From Candidatus Krumholzibacteriota bacterium (GTDB taxonomy: Bacteria; Krumholzibacteriota; Krumholzibacteriia; JAJRXK01), in the NCBI GenBank assembly GCA_963764625.1, contig CAVXTH010000005.1, positions 256,001 to 320,000 on the forward strand: a DNA stretch of 64,000 bases, read 5' to 3'. The notes under the pieces were generated by a model, which made no database searches, was not told where the DNA came from, and saw nothing but the letters and a program-made list of their open reading frames with translations. Positions within the stretch are counted from its first letter, which is position 1. Every line of letters begins with the position of its first letter. Position numbers and translations under genes: made by a program. Shown one piece after another: positions 19,960 to 30,811 of the stretch.

Positions 19960-21292
19960 TCACATCTTGATGTCGATGTAGAACTTCTCGCGGAGACCCT
20001 TCAAGAACTTCTTCAGCTCGACCTGGATCTTCTGGTCCTCTACGGCGTCGTGCAACTGGTCCTTTACCTCGTCATAGGTCATGACGTGGGCGGGGTTCTT
20101 GGCGTCCAGGCGGAGCACGAAATAGCCTGCCGTGCCCTTTATCGGCTTTCCCACGCCTCCCGGCTGCAGCCCCTGAAGGGCGTTTCGGAACGCGGGCGTG
20201 AGCTTTTCCAGGGGAAAGGTGCCCAGGACTCCGCCTTTCTCGCGACTGGTGGGATCGTCCGAATAATTCTTAACCAGCGTGGCGAAATCCCGACCCCCGA
20301 GGGCCTTCTCGTAGACCTCTTCGGCCCGGGCCTCGGCTCGGTCCCAATCCGCGTCGGTGATAGGAACCCTCAGCAAAATCTGGCTCAGAGTCACCTTGGT
20401 GTCGGTGCGCTCCATGACCTTCAGAATGTGGACTCCGAGTTCGGTCGTCACCGGGTCGGAAACCTGGCCGACCGGAAGGGTCCAGGCCATCTCTTCGAGC
20501 ACCGGATGGAACAGATCACCTTTGGCGAACGAACCCAAGAGCCCACCCCTGCCGGCATTGGGACCTTCGGAATATTTCTTGGCCACATCCTCGAAGCTCT
20601 GGTTGGCATCGAAGGCGGCATGGATGGCGTCCAACTTCGTCTTCAGGCTCTTCTGGGCTTTCTCCTCCGGCTGCGGCACGACCAGCACGTTGGACACCGT
20701 GATGGTCTCGGGCGAGCGGGGCACCTGGTCGAGATGATCCTGGTAGAACGAGCGCACTTCGTCCTCGCGAACCTCGATGAGGGGGCGAATGTGGGTCGAG
20801 ATCATGCGGCTGGTATAGAGCCGGTTGCGGATGAGATCACGATTGCGCGCTTGTAGATCGTCGAAAGTCATGCCGTTGCGGGCCAGTTCCTTCACCAATT
20901 CGGCTTTGGTGCCGAACCTGGAGATGATCTCGTCCAGACTCCGCGCCACCGCTTGATCGACTTCGTCGTCCTTCACTTCGACGCCGTCGAGCTTGGCCTG
21001 GGCCACCAGTAATTTCACGTCGATGAGACGATCCAACATCTCCTTGCGGATGGTGGCATCGTTCTCCATGGTCGAGTCACTCTGTTGCGACTGATCGAAC
21101 TTGTACGATTCGACTTCGCGCTCCAGATCGCTCGCGAGGATGGCTTCGTCGTCGACGACCGCCACGATGCGGTCCACCAGCTCCGGTCCCTGCGCCCTCG
21201 ACGGCACAGAGCGCGCTCCCAGACCCACCGCCAGCAGTAGGCACGATCAGAACGGCCCCGCGGCGTGGAGTCCGGTGCAAAAGGTCGGTCAT
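19960..21292 (-). CDS. surA: SurA-like chaperone with two parvulin PPIase domains; +1 frameshift in the signal peptide (~21240)
   Basis: VDRIVAVVDDEAIL, FEDVAKKYSEGP..GG.LG and YSDDP..GGVLG motifs. Start MTDLL at 21292 overlaps the upstream stop. Confidence 0.85.
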
Positions 21293-23054
21293 GAAGTCCC
21301 TTCCGCCGAAGTGTCAGTTTGAGCCGACTGAACTTTGAGATCCGCTTTCGCGAGGTTCTTCGGATAGGTCTTCACGTCGTATTCCTTGCGCCACGCTCCC
21401 ACTTTCTCCTGAAAGATCTTCTCGGAGGCTTCCGATTGGAGTTTGGCGCGCACGGACGCGAACACGTCCTTGAGTTCGACCTTCTGCGACGGATGGATGA
21501 GGTCGAGGCGTCCGATGCCCCAGGTGCCGTCCTTCAACTGCATCGGATCACAGATCTCGCCGATTTCGCTCTGTTGCCACAGCAACGGGGTGCGGGGATT
21601 GATGTTGATCTGCGCCACCGGCCCGAAATGAGCGCCCTTTTCCTCGGGCATCAAGCCCTCTTCGCCGTACTTCTCGGCCAGATCGCTCCAATCCCCCATC
21701 TTGGTGGCCTCCTTGCGCGCGGCGCGCACCTTCGCCTCGTCGTGATTCACGATCACGACTCCCTCGCGGAGCGGGGGCTTCTGATACTCCTGTTTATGCT
21801 CGTCCCAGTACTTCTGATACTGCTCGTCCGTGACCTTCACGTCGGGGGAGATGAGCTCGTTGTGGATCTTGGTGATGATGATCTGCTGCCGGCGAGCCCG
21901 CATCTCATCCTGTACCTCGGGACGATCGAAGTAACCTCGCGTGCGCGCCTCCACCGGCATGATCGCCTTGCTCGCGATTTGCTCGACGAAATTCCGCAGT
22001 CCGCCCAAGCGCTTGTCGCGCCGGGGACGGCCCAGCCAGGCTAACGCCTTGTAGTAGTCGTAGAAGCGGCGCAGATCCCAACTCTCGTCGTCCCAACTCA
22101 TGAGGACCTTGCCCATGTCGCCAGCGCTGGAGATTCAGGTCCGTCCACTCCTCCTTGGGGGGAACGGGAAGGAGCGGTTTGTCCTTGGGAAGTGAATCGA
22201 AGAGAATTTTCAACACGTCTTCGTTCAACTTGAAATTGTGTTTGGCGAAGACTTCCTTCGAAAATGCGATCGATTTGAGATTCAGAGCCTGAGTGTGCAC
22301 GCTCTGGCGAATCTTGTCCTTCATCTGTTCGTACGGGAGGCGCCTTCTGGTCTTGCGCTTCCCCTTCGAGGCGAATGAGGAAATAGCCGGCCGCGTTTTC
22401 GATCGGTTGGCTCAGCTCGTGCGACTTGAGCGCGAAAGCGGTCTTCTCGACATCGTCGGGAACAGTCCCGTAGCGCAAGGAGGCAGTCCAATCTCCACTG
22501 GGTCCGGGATCACCCGCGTCCAAGCGGCTCGCGACATCCGACCACCTCTCTCCTCCCGTGACCAAGTTCCTCGCCTTCTGGGCATCCTCTTCGGTGTCGA
22601 ACACCATGTAGGAGATCAAAAGGATGCGGCAGAAGTTCTTGTAATAGGCCTTCATCTCGTCTTCGGTGATCTCGTGGGAGTCCTTCACCAAGTCGGACTT
22701 CATGAGCCGAAGCGCCATATTCTCTTCGATCAGCTTCAGGGTCTTTTGGGTGCTTTCCTCTTCCCCGTACCCCAGCTCCTTGCCCTTTCTCTCCATCACT
22801 CTCTTGTTGATCATCGCGTCGAGAAAATCGCGCTTGCCCGAGTCGGTATTGATATCGACCGGGAGGGAGCTCGGGTTCATCGAGTTCACTTTTCTCTCGA
22901 ATTGTCCGAGCGTGATCGTGTCATCCCCGATGGTCGCCAGCGGAATCTTATTGTGGTCGGACTCTCCGCACGCAGCCAGAACGAGGGCCAGGATGACCGG
23001 TGCCAAAAGAACGAGTCCGCCGCGGCGCGAGGTATTTTGTGCAAGAGAAACCAT
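21289..23054 (-). CDS. PrsA/PpiD-like parvulin foldase lipoprotein; two +1 frameshifts (~22335, ~22120)
   Basis: Lipobox LAAC, LATIGDDTITL, and two rotamase-like repeats across ORFs 22098..23054, 21905..22324 and 21289..22116. Confidence 0.8.
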
Positions 23055-23139
23055 TTCTATCTCCTCACGGACGTCTCCGTGAATGTCAGAGGACTATCTT
23101 CGAATTCAGCGCCCTTGAAGAATGAATAGCGCGCTCGCT

Positions 23140-26100
23140 TCACTCGCGACCAGCCAGATGAGCCCTGGGGCTCGTCTTCGCGGTCGATTGAGATCCCACT
23201 TCGGCCAGCTTCTCCAGCACGACCAGGGAAGCCACCAGAGAGTCTTCCCGCGACGCCTCGACGGTCATTTCCAGTCGATCCACGGCGTTGAACGCCAGTC
23301 GCGGCATTTGGGTTCCGGCCAAGTTCGTTAGAATAGAGGCGTTCGGCCTGCTAGCGCCACCAAAAAGCATGCGCACGCCTCGCCGCACGCGCCGGATGTC
23401 TTCGACCCCGGCGCGCAGAGCCCGGAGCTTGATACGCGTGATATCCAGCAGATTCTGGGTCGGATCGGGCGGAGGGCCAAATCGGTCGCGCAACTCCTCG
23501 GCCAGATGATCCAGCGCCTCCTCGTCGACCACGCGGCCCAGATCGCGGTACCAGCGGATTCTCTCCTCGGGTTCGGGCAGATACTCGTCCGGCAGATACG
23601 CACCCACTTGCAGTTCGACTTTGATGTCGTGGAGACGGGGCAGACCCTCGCCCTTGAGTTCCAGGATCTCCTCTTCGAGGAGTTTGCAGTAGAGATCGAA
23701 GCCAATACTGGCGATGTGACCGTGCTGTGCTTCGCCCAGGATGTTGCCCGCTCCCCGAATCTCCAGATCACGCATCGCGATTCGATAACCACTACCCAGA
23801 TCGGTGTATTCCTGGATGGCGGCCAGCCGCTTGCGCGCGTCCGGAGCCAGGGTGGTTCCCGACGGGGTCATGAGATGCGCGTAGGCCAAGTGGCGGCTGC
23901 GTCCCACCCGTCCTCGCAGCTGATAGAGTTGACTCAGCCCGAGTCGATCGGCTCGATCGATGAGGATCGTATTGACGTTGGGCATGTCCAGGCCGCTCTC
24001 GATGATCATCGTGGTTACGAGGACGTCGTACTTGCGCGCCAGGAAGTCGCGCATGATCTGTTCGAGCTGCGCCTCTTTCATCTGGCCGTGCGCAATCGCG
24101 ATTCGCGCGTGGGGAACGATTCTTCCCACGACCTCCGCCATGGCGTCGATGGTCTCGACCCGATTGTGCACGAAGAACACCTGACCACCGCGGTGCATTT
24201 CCCTGAGGATGGCCTCCTCGATGATGTCCTCCCGATACGGCACGACTTCGGTGTGAATGGGCAGACGATCGCGCGGAGGAGTCGCAATGATGGACATGTC
24301 GCGAGCTCCCATGAGTGAGAGGTAGAGAGTGCGCGGAATGGGAGTCGCCGAGAGCGCCATCACGTCCACTTGCTTGCGCATTTCCTTCAGTCGTTCCTTG
24401 TGGCGCACTCCGAATCTCTGTTCCTCATCCACCACCAGAAGGCCGAGCTTAGCGAATTTCACATCCCGGCCCAGAAGTCGATGCGTTCCCACCAGGATGT
24501 CGATCTCTCCCTTTTGCAGTCTCTGTAGGGTTTCCTTCTGTTCCTTGCGCGATTTGAAACGGCTCAGGACCTCGATACGGACCGGAAATTCGCGCATCCG
24601 TTGCGAAAAAGTCTCTCCATGCTGCTCGGCGAGAATCGTGGTGGGACAGAGCATCGCGACCTGCAGACCACCCATCACCGCCTTGAACGCGGCGCGCATG
24701 GCGACTTCGGTCTTGCCGAATCCGACGTCGCCGCACACGAGACGGTCCATGGGTCGTGGAGACTCCATGTCTTTCTTCACCGCCTCCACCGCGGTCAATT
24801 GGTCCGGAGTCTCTTCGTGTAGAAACGACGCCTCCATCTCCTGTTGCAAGTGGGTGTCCTCCCCGAAAGGGTGGCCGGGCAGGGCGCTCCGCGCCGCGTA
24901 AAGAGAGAGCAGCTCCTGCGCCATGGCACGAATCGCTTTGCGCGCCCGCTTGCGCGTACGCTCCCATTGTCCGGATCCGAGTTTGTGAAGAGTGGGTTCG
25001 CCACTCTCACCGATCTCGTATCTCTCCAGGAGCAACAATTTGTCGGTGGGAAGGTACAGGCGGTCCTTGTCCGCGTATTCCAACAAGAGAAATTCGTTCT
25101 CGACTTCTTCGACCGTGAGCTTGCGCAATCCGAGGTATCGAGCGATTCCGTGTTCGGCGTGCACCACGAAATCGCCCGAGTGAAGGGTCTTGGGATCCTT
25201 GACGCGGGCCGAGCCATGAAAACGAGAGCGACGCGTGGGTCTCTGATAGCGATCGAAGAATTCATGGTCGGTATAGATGGCGAGTTCCGCATCGGGCCAG
25301 GCAAAGCCCGCCCGCAGACTGCCAACGCATAGCCGAGGGCGCGCCAGAGTTGCTTCGGGATCGAACTCTTCGAAGAGCTCGCCCATGCGTTCGGCCTGAC
25401 CCCGGTTTCCGCAGTAGAGAAGCACCTCCAGATCCTTCTCGCGCAAGGCCGCGGTTTCCCGCAGCAGCTTCTCCACCTCGCCCTTGCCGCGCTCCTGGGC
25501 ACGCATCTTCAATTGAAGGGCCGCCTGATCCGAAGGCGGCGCGAGAGGCGCGGGAGCGCTGCCGGGGAGCACGACCTCACCCAACCATGCCCGGTCCCTC
25601 GACTGAATCTCCCGCTCCAACTCCTCGAGCGTGGCCATGAGCTCCTGGGCGGCGGGAACTGGATCGCCGTGCGCGAGACGATCGCGCCGAACTCTCCGGG
25701 TCTCGCGATCCAATTCCTCGCTTCTCTTGGCCAGATCGTCGGGAGAGACGAACACGATGGCGGCATCGGTCTTCAGGTAGGAGAGCAGCGTGGCCAGTGG
25801 GTCAAAAAATGGCGCCAGAGTCTCGATCCCATCGAAGTGAAGCCTGTCCTGCAGCTTTTCGATGAGGTGGGTTCGATCGTCCGGCGAGAACTCCTCCATC
25901 GATTCCACCCGCGCCATGGCTTGCAACAGCGTATCGTCGTTCATCACGAACGGACCGGCGGGAAGGATCATAGCGCTCTCTAGTTCCGCGATGGACCGCT
26001 GGTCGGCCGTCTCGAAGCTTCGAATACTCTCCAATTCCTCACCGAAGAACTCCAGGCGCACCGGCAGCTCTTGTCCCGGGCTAAAGACGTCGATGATCCC

Positions 26101-26671
26101 GCCGCGCACCGCCATGTCACCCGGCGCTTCCGCCAGACCGGACGGCCGATATCGCGAGGGCGGCCAGCTTCTCCTGCAGCTCGTCGGTGTTCAAGCGTTC
26201 GCCGCGGCTCAGGATCAGGCGATGACGCTGCAATTGGGCCGACGCCATCACCTTGTGCCGAAGTCCATAGATCGTGGTCACGAAGAATCCTGGCACGCCG
26301 GAATCCAGCGCCTGCAGGGCGGATTGGACGTTCGCCAGAATCTCGCGCGTGGGAGAGCGGCGGTCGAAAGGGAGGATTTCCAGTTCCGGCAGGTAGGTGA
26401 CCGGAGCCGAACTCAGGGTTTCCAGGTCGTCGCAGATCGCCTCGGCTTCCTCCAAGCCCGCCGCCACGATCAACCACTGGGCTTCGCGCCGTGAATAGAA
26501 TGCGTTCAGAAGAAGGGAGATCGCGCTGCCCCGCACTCCCGAGGCAATGCAGGTGGCGGGGGAAGATCCTCGCGACTCCTCGGTGAACCAGGATCGCAAA
26601 CCAGGAATCGAGAGGATGCGGTCGAGTGCTTCCGGGGAGAGTTTACTGGCGGGTGACTCGCCCGCGTTCAT
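23140..26671 (-). CDS. mfd: Transcription-repair coupling factor Mfd; +1 frameshift at ~26155
   Basis: AVRGGIIDVF, GDFVVHAEHGI, CGDVGFGKTEVA, DEEQRFG, QLRGRVGRS and DLEIRGAGN motifs. The N-terminus lies in ORF 26117..26953 (ATG 26671). Confidence 0.97.
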
Positions 26672-27846
26672 CCTGCCCTCCCCGTGCTCAGTCCTCGCAG
26701 TCGCGTCGCCAGCGGCGGCAGGACCTCCAGTACCCGGTCGATCTCGTCCTTTGTTGTCTCGCGACTGAGCGAAATCCGCAGCGCGCCGTGCAAACGCTCG
26801 GGCGCGAGTCCTTGGGCCAAGAGGACGTGGCTGGGCGTAAGACTGCCGGTGCTGCACGCGGACCCGGCCGAGCACGCGATGCCCGCTTCGTCCAAGAGCG
26901 TGAGCAGGGCTCCCGCCTCCATGCTCTCGACCGTGAAGTGGGTGGTGTTGCATACCCTCGGAGCGGATTCGGAGGTGATTTGGAGACTCGGTACGCTCTC
27001 CTTGAGTCTGCTCTCCAGGCGCCCGCGAAGAGCGCTCATGCCATGCGCCGCATCGTCCAGAAGAGACAGCGCGAGTTCGAGTGCCATGGCCAAACCGACG
27101 ATCCCCGGCGGGTTCTCGGTGCCTCCTCGCCGTCCGCCTTCCTGTCCGCCCGCCGGCAGCTGCGAGTAGAATGGCACCTCATCGCGCACCAGCAGGGCTC
27201 CGGCCCCCTTGGGCCCGTGGAATTTGTGAGCGGAGAGGGAGAGCAGGTCCACCGCTCGTGCGATGCTCTCCAGAGGGACTTTCCCCACCGCCTGCACCGC
27301 GTCGGTGTGTATGCGCGCGCCGCTCGCGTGGGCTATGTTGGCGAGTTCCTCGATGGGTTGGATCGCGCCCGTCTCGTTATTGGCCGTCATGACGCTCACC
27401 AGCGCCGTGTATGGCCTGATCATTTTCTTCAGCTGGCTCGGCTCGACGCGCCCTTGCGCGTCGACCCCCAGCTTGGAGAGCTCGCAGGCCCCCTCGGCTT
27501 GCAGCTGCTCGGCCGTGGCCAGCACCGCCGGATGCTCGATCGCGCTGACCACGAGATGGCGGGGATTTGGCGCGGCGAGAACCACGCCGCGAAGAGCCAG
27601 TACGTCCGCCTCCGTCCCTCCCGAAGTGAACACCACTTCTTTGGGCGAGAATCCCAGGCCCGACGCCACCGAGCGTCGCGCTTTTCTCAGCGCCGCCGCA
27701 ACTTGATCGCCACGGCGGTGATGACTGCCTGGATTGCCCCAATTCTCCCGATAGAAGGGCAACATGGCATCGACGACCCTCGGGTCGGGTCTCGTGGTGG
27801 CGTTGTTGTCCAGGTAGATCAGCTCAGTCTCGTTCATCGCGGGCAC
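26668..27846 (-). CDS. iscS: Cysteine desulfurase (IscS/NifS class)
   Basis: IYLDNNATT, FTSGGTE, HTDAVQ, SAHKFHGPKG and SAGSACS motifs. GTG start with GGAGG. Confidence 0.95.
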   Translation of the reverse strand: MPAMNETELIYLDNNATTRPDPRVVDAMLPFYRENWGNPGSHHRRGDQVAAALRKARRSVASGLGFSPKEVVFTSGGTEADVLALRGVVLAAPNPRHLVVSAIEHPAVLATAEQLQAEGACELSKLGVDAQGRVEPSQLKKMIRPYTALVSVMTANNETGAIQPIEELANIAHASGARIHTDAVQAVGKVPLESIARAVDLLSLSAHKFHGPKGAGALLVRDEVPFYSQLPAGGQEGGRRGGTENPPGIVGLAMALELALSLLDDAAHGMSALRGRLESRLKESVPSLQITSESAPRVCNTTHFTVESMEAGALLTLLDEAGIACSAGSACSTGSLTPSHVLLAQGLAPERLHGALRISLSRETTKDEIDRVLEVLPPLATRLRGLSTGRAG

Positions 27847-27862
27847 AAGGTAGTCCTCCGGC

Positions 27863-29125
27863 TCAAATCGCGCGATCCATTCCGCTCATCGACTCGTCCA
27901 CCACCTCATCCGCCAAGCCGGCCGCCACGATCTCGAAAAGAGGGCTCTTTCCGCCCTCGCTCAAGACCGTTTCGGGCGCGAAATCCTCGCGAGATACCGC
28001 TCTCTTGAAGGTATCCGCAAGCACCACGACTCGCCGGTGGGCCGCTCTCGCGGCCGCGGCGAGCCGCGCGGTTCCGATCTTGTTGGCGAAACTGCCGTCT
28101 TGGAACACCGAATCCGCTCCGACGATCAGAAGCTCGGCGTCGGCGATTCTGGAAACGAGATCCTCGTCCTCAAGAAGCGTGACCTCATACCCCATGCCCC
28201 GAAGCTCCTCGGCAAAAGCTACCCCCTCCCCACCGGGTAGCGCGCGGGAGAGAAGCACGGTTCGTGGAGCGCGGCCCGTTTCTCTCGCCTTGTCGAAGGC
28301 GTCGCGTACCGTGCTGGAGGACGAGAACGTCGCGACCGTTTTCGTGTCCAGGAGCCGGCGCGCGCCGGCAGAGGCGGTGCGCGTGAGGGCTTGCACGTAC
28401 TCCGACTTCAGCTGCCGCACCCGATCGCGCAGAAGCTCGCGCTCGCGCGGACGCAAGGGAGCCACCCGCGGCGCCGGGCCCTCCTTTAGCTCCAAGGGGC
28501 CCTGCCCCGAAAGCCAACGCCAGCCGAGCTGGGCCAGGGGAGTCATGGCGGGTCGCGCGGTCGCGAGTTCCTGGGCGGTAACTACGACCTCCGCCCAATT
28601 CGAAAGGGCGGGAATCAGCTCGTCGAGTTCACGCAACAGGAAGGCCGCGAGCTCGGCTGCTCCGTGCCTCAGGTCTCCGCGCAATTCTCTAAGGGTGTCA
28701 AGGAGCCGCTCCGGCGGCTGGGGCAAAAGCGAGTGCAGCGCCTCGGAAAGGCGAGGCACCGTCTTGTAGGCTTCGAGTTCGGACGGGCGTGACCAACGCG
28801 ACTCGTCGTTTTCCCGGTTGAGACGCGGAGACTCGGGGTCGTGCACGAGCCAGAGGAACGAATGTACTCTCCACAGGGTGTCGCGCGCCTCCTCGAACAC
28901 TTCGAAAGGAGCCGCGGCGGCTAGCGGGCGCAGCGAATCTCCCTGGTAGCCGGTCTCCTCGCGAATCTCGCGGCGCGCCGTCTGCTGCGGAGTCTCGTGC
29001 GCTTCCACCCTGCCGCTCACCACCGACCACGCATCCGGATAGGAATGCATACTCGCGCGCCGGTGCATGAGAAGCACGCGTCCCTGACGCCAGAGAAAGG
29101 AGGATGCGGTATCGCGGCGTCTCAT
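27863..29125 (-). CDS. NUDIX hydrolase fused to an eIF2B/IF-2B family (R15P isomerase/MtnA-like) domain
   Basis: Nudix box SGRVEAHETPQQTARREIREETG. C-terminal HGA, TFSSSSTV, PGGEG, VGADSV and ANKIGT motifs. Confidence 0.9.
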   Translation of the reverse strand: MRRRDTASSFLWRQGRVLLMHRRASMHSYPDAWSVVSGRVEAHETPQQTARREIREETGYQGDSLRPLAAAAPFEVFEEARDTLWRVHSFLWLVHDPESPRLNRENDESRWSRPSELEAYKTVPRLSEALHSLLPQPPERLLDTLRELRGDLRHGAAELAAFLLRELDELIPALSNWAEVVVTAQELATARPAMTPLAQLGWRWLSGQGPLELKEGPAPRVAPLRPRERELLRDRVRQLKSEYVQALTRTASAGARRLLDTKTVATFSSSSTVRDAFDKARETGRAPRTVLLSRALPGGEGVAFAEELRGMGYEVTLLEDEDLVSRIADAELLIVGADSVFQDGSFANKIGTARLAAAARAAHRRVVVLADTFKRAVSREDFAPETVLSEGGKSPLFEIVAAGLADEVVDESMSGMDRAI

Positions 29126-29234
29126 GTGCTTCGCTGAAGGGGTTCAAAGCAGGAGGCCAGTCCCCTCGGACTGGCCTCTGCGCTCGTCGAGCTCGTTTCC
29201 ACGGCGCTGCACCAGGCGTCGCGGAACGCCCTTA

Positions 29235-29876
29235 TTAGTTGTTGAAACCGGCCTTGAGTCCACCGAAGCTGCTGGGCTCGGTTCCCACCACCGGCTCCGT
29301 GGGCTCGACCTTGCCGTCCCATTGTTCGTCGAAACCGGGTTCGACGTAGGCGGCATCGCGACTCCCAGCCGCCAAGAACGGCCAGTTCGTCTGATCGGGC
29401 GGCGCGAGATCGTCCAGACGAGTTCCCCCGGTCCAATCCACCGTTCCCAAGATCGAGATGGCGCGCAAGTACGGGGGGAAGACCTGAGTGACGTCCGAAC
29501 GGGAGAGACCGGAGAGAACCCCGGTGAGAATCGCCGTTCCGTCTGTGAAGGTGCCGAGATTGGCGTAGTCCGCAACCGTCGTGTTGTCCTCATACAGGGC
29601 GATCACTCCCGACGCAAAAGTCTGGCTGTTGCCAGTATCCGTGAGGAGATTGGCGCCGGTGACCACGATGGTGTAATCCTGGCCCGCAAAGTCCAGCGGA
29701 ATGGGAGGCACGACCAAGCCGGAGCCTTCCTGCACCACACTGTACATGGTGAGCGGGTTCCCGATGGTGGTGGGAATGGTCGCCTGTCCCAGGAAGTCGA
29801 AGGCCTGCTGTGCGAATGCGAACTGCGGCACGCCGATCAGGAGCACGCAGCAGAGGGCGAGGAGCATCTTCTTCAT
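29235..29876 (-). CDS. Secreted acidic beta-rich protein with C-terminal VGTEPSSFGGLKAGF motif
   Basis: Sec signal (AFA|Q) and AGGAGG RBS; paralogous to the next gene (TFTDGTAILTG versus TFTDGTLLLKG). Confidence 0.85.
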   Translation of the reverse strand: MKKMLLALCCVLLIGVPQFAFAQQAFDFLGQATIPTTIGNPLTMYSVVQEGSGLVVPPIPLDFAGQDYTIVVTGANLLTDTGNSQTFASGVIALYEDNTTVADYANLGTFTDGTAILTGVLSGLSRSDVTQVFPPYLRAISILGTVDWTGGTRLDDLAPPDQTNWPFLAAGSRDAAYVEPGFDEQWDGKVEPTEPVVGTEPSSFGGLKAGFNN

Positions 29877-29888
29877 GTGTTGTCCTCC

Positions 29889-30563
29889 TTAGCGTTGGCT
29901 GCCGTATTGAGATTTCATTGTACCCCAGTCCGCGCTCGGTGCGGGCACGGCGGAGTCAATGTCGAGAATTCCATCCAGCTGGAGATCATATCCGTCGGGA
30001 ATCTGTGCTCCAACGTCGTTGGTGAAAGACCCACCCCAGGTGAAGATACAACCACTGCAGCTGGTGATGAGCTCACCGGAGAGTCCATCCGCCGGACCGC
30101 CGTAGCTTCCAGCGCCGAAGGGATCGTAGCTGATGGCAAAGCTGGTGAAGGAACCCTTCAGCAGCAGGGTACCGTCGGTGAAGGTCGAGGGGACGGTCCC
30201 GTTGGGGGGGTTGATTCCGTAGGCCGCGTTCTTCGCGGCATCGCGGTAGACCTCGAGCGTTCCACCGGTGTAGTAGTAGGTGGTGAAACCCGGGGCCGGG
30301 TCATCCACGGAAGCACCAGTGCTGATGAGACCGTAGACGTAGAAGGTGACCTCTTCGGTGCCGAGGTCGACGCCCATCAGAGGATCAGCCCAGTCGGAAA
30401 CGCCGACGAACTGCAGCTCGTCGCCCGGATTGCTCGGCGGATATCCGCCGGTTTCCCACGCATAGCCAACGTAATCGGTGATCTCGATCCCTTGCGCAGC
30501 CGTGGCCGGAATCAAAGCCCCCACCGCAAACAAGACAACGAGCATCGAGCGCAAAAATCGCAT
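29889..30563 (-). CDS. Secreted acidic beta-rich protein with C-terminal VPAPSADWGTMKSQY motif
   Basis: Sec signal, GGAGG RBS and YYTGGTLEVYRD; paralogue of 29235..29876. Confidence 0.85.
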   Translation of the reverse strand: MRFLRSMLVVLFAVGALIPATAAQGIEITDYVGYAWETGGYPPSNPGDELQFVGVSDWADPLMGVDLGTEEVTFYVYGLISTGASVDDPAPGFTTYYYTGGTLEVYRDAAKNAAYGINPPNGTVPSTFTDGTLLLKGSFTSFAISYDPFGAGSYGGPADGLSGELITSCSGCIFTWGGSFTNDVGAQIPDGYDLQLDGILDIDSAVPAPSADWGTMKSQYGSQR

Positions 30564-30740
30564 GTGTGCCTCCCTGATTTCCTGACTGGTGCGCGCGAGC
30601 TAGGACCTCACGCGCGCCAGCACGCTGTAGAGTCGAGACGGCTCATAAGTCCCGGGTGCCGAGAGGCAACGCAAGCGAGCGCTGACGAAGGCCCCGGGGA
30701 CTTTGGGGACACGAATCGAGGTGTATAGAGGAGCCCAGTC

Positions 30741-30770
30741 AGAATACAGCGTCATGACGGCGAATTGCAA
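30741..30770 (-). promoter_or_regulatory. Sigma70-like promoter with a palindromic site in the spacer
   Basis: TTGCAA, 18-nt spacer, TATTCT. The spacer contains CGTCATGACG (30750-30759). Confidence 0.55.
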
Positions 30771-30811
30771 GCGTTCCTTCCAAATGGCGGAAACTGGCGC
30801 CCCCTCGGAAC

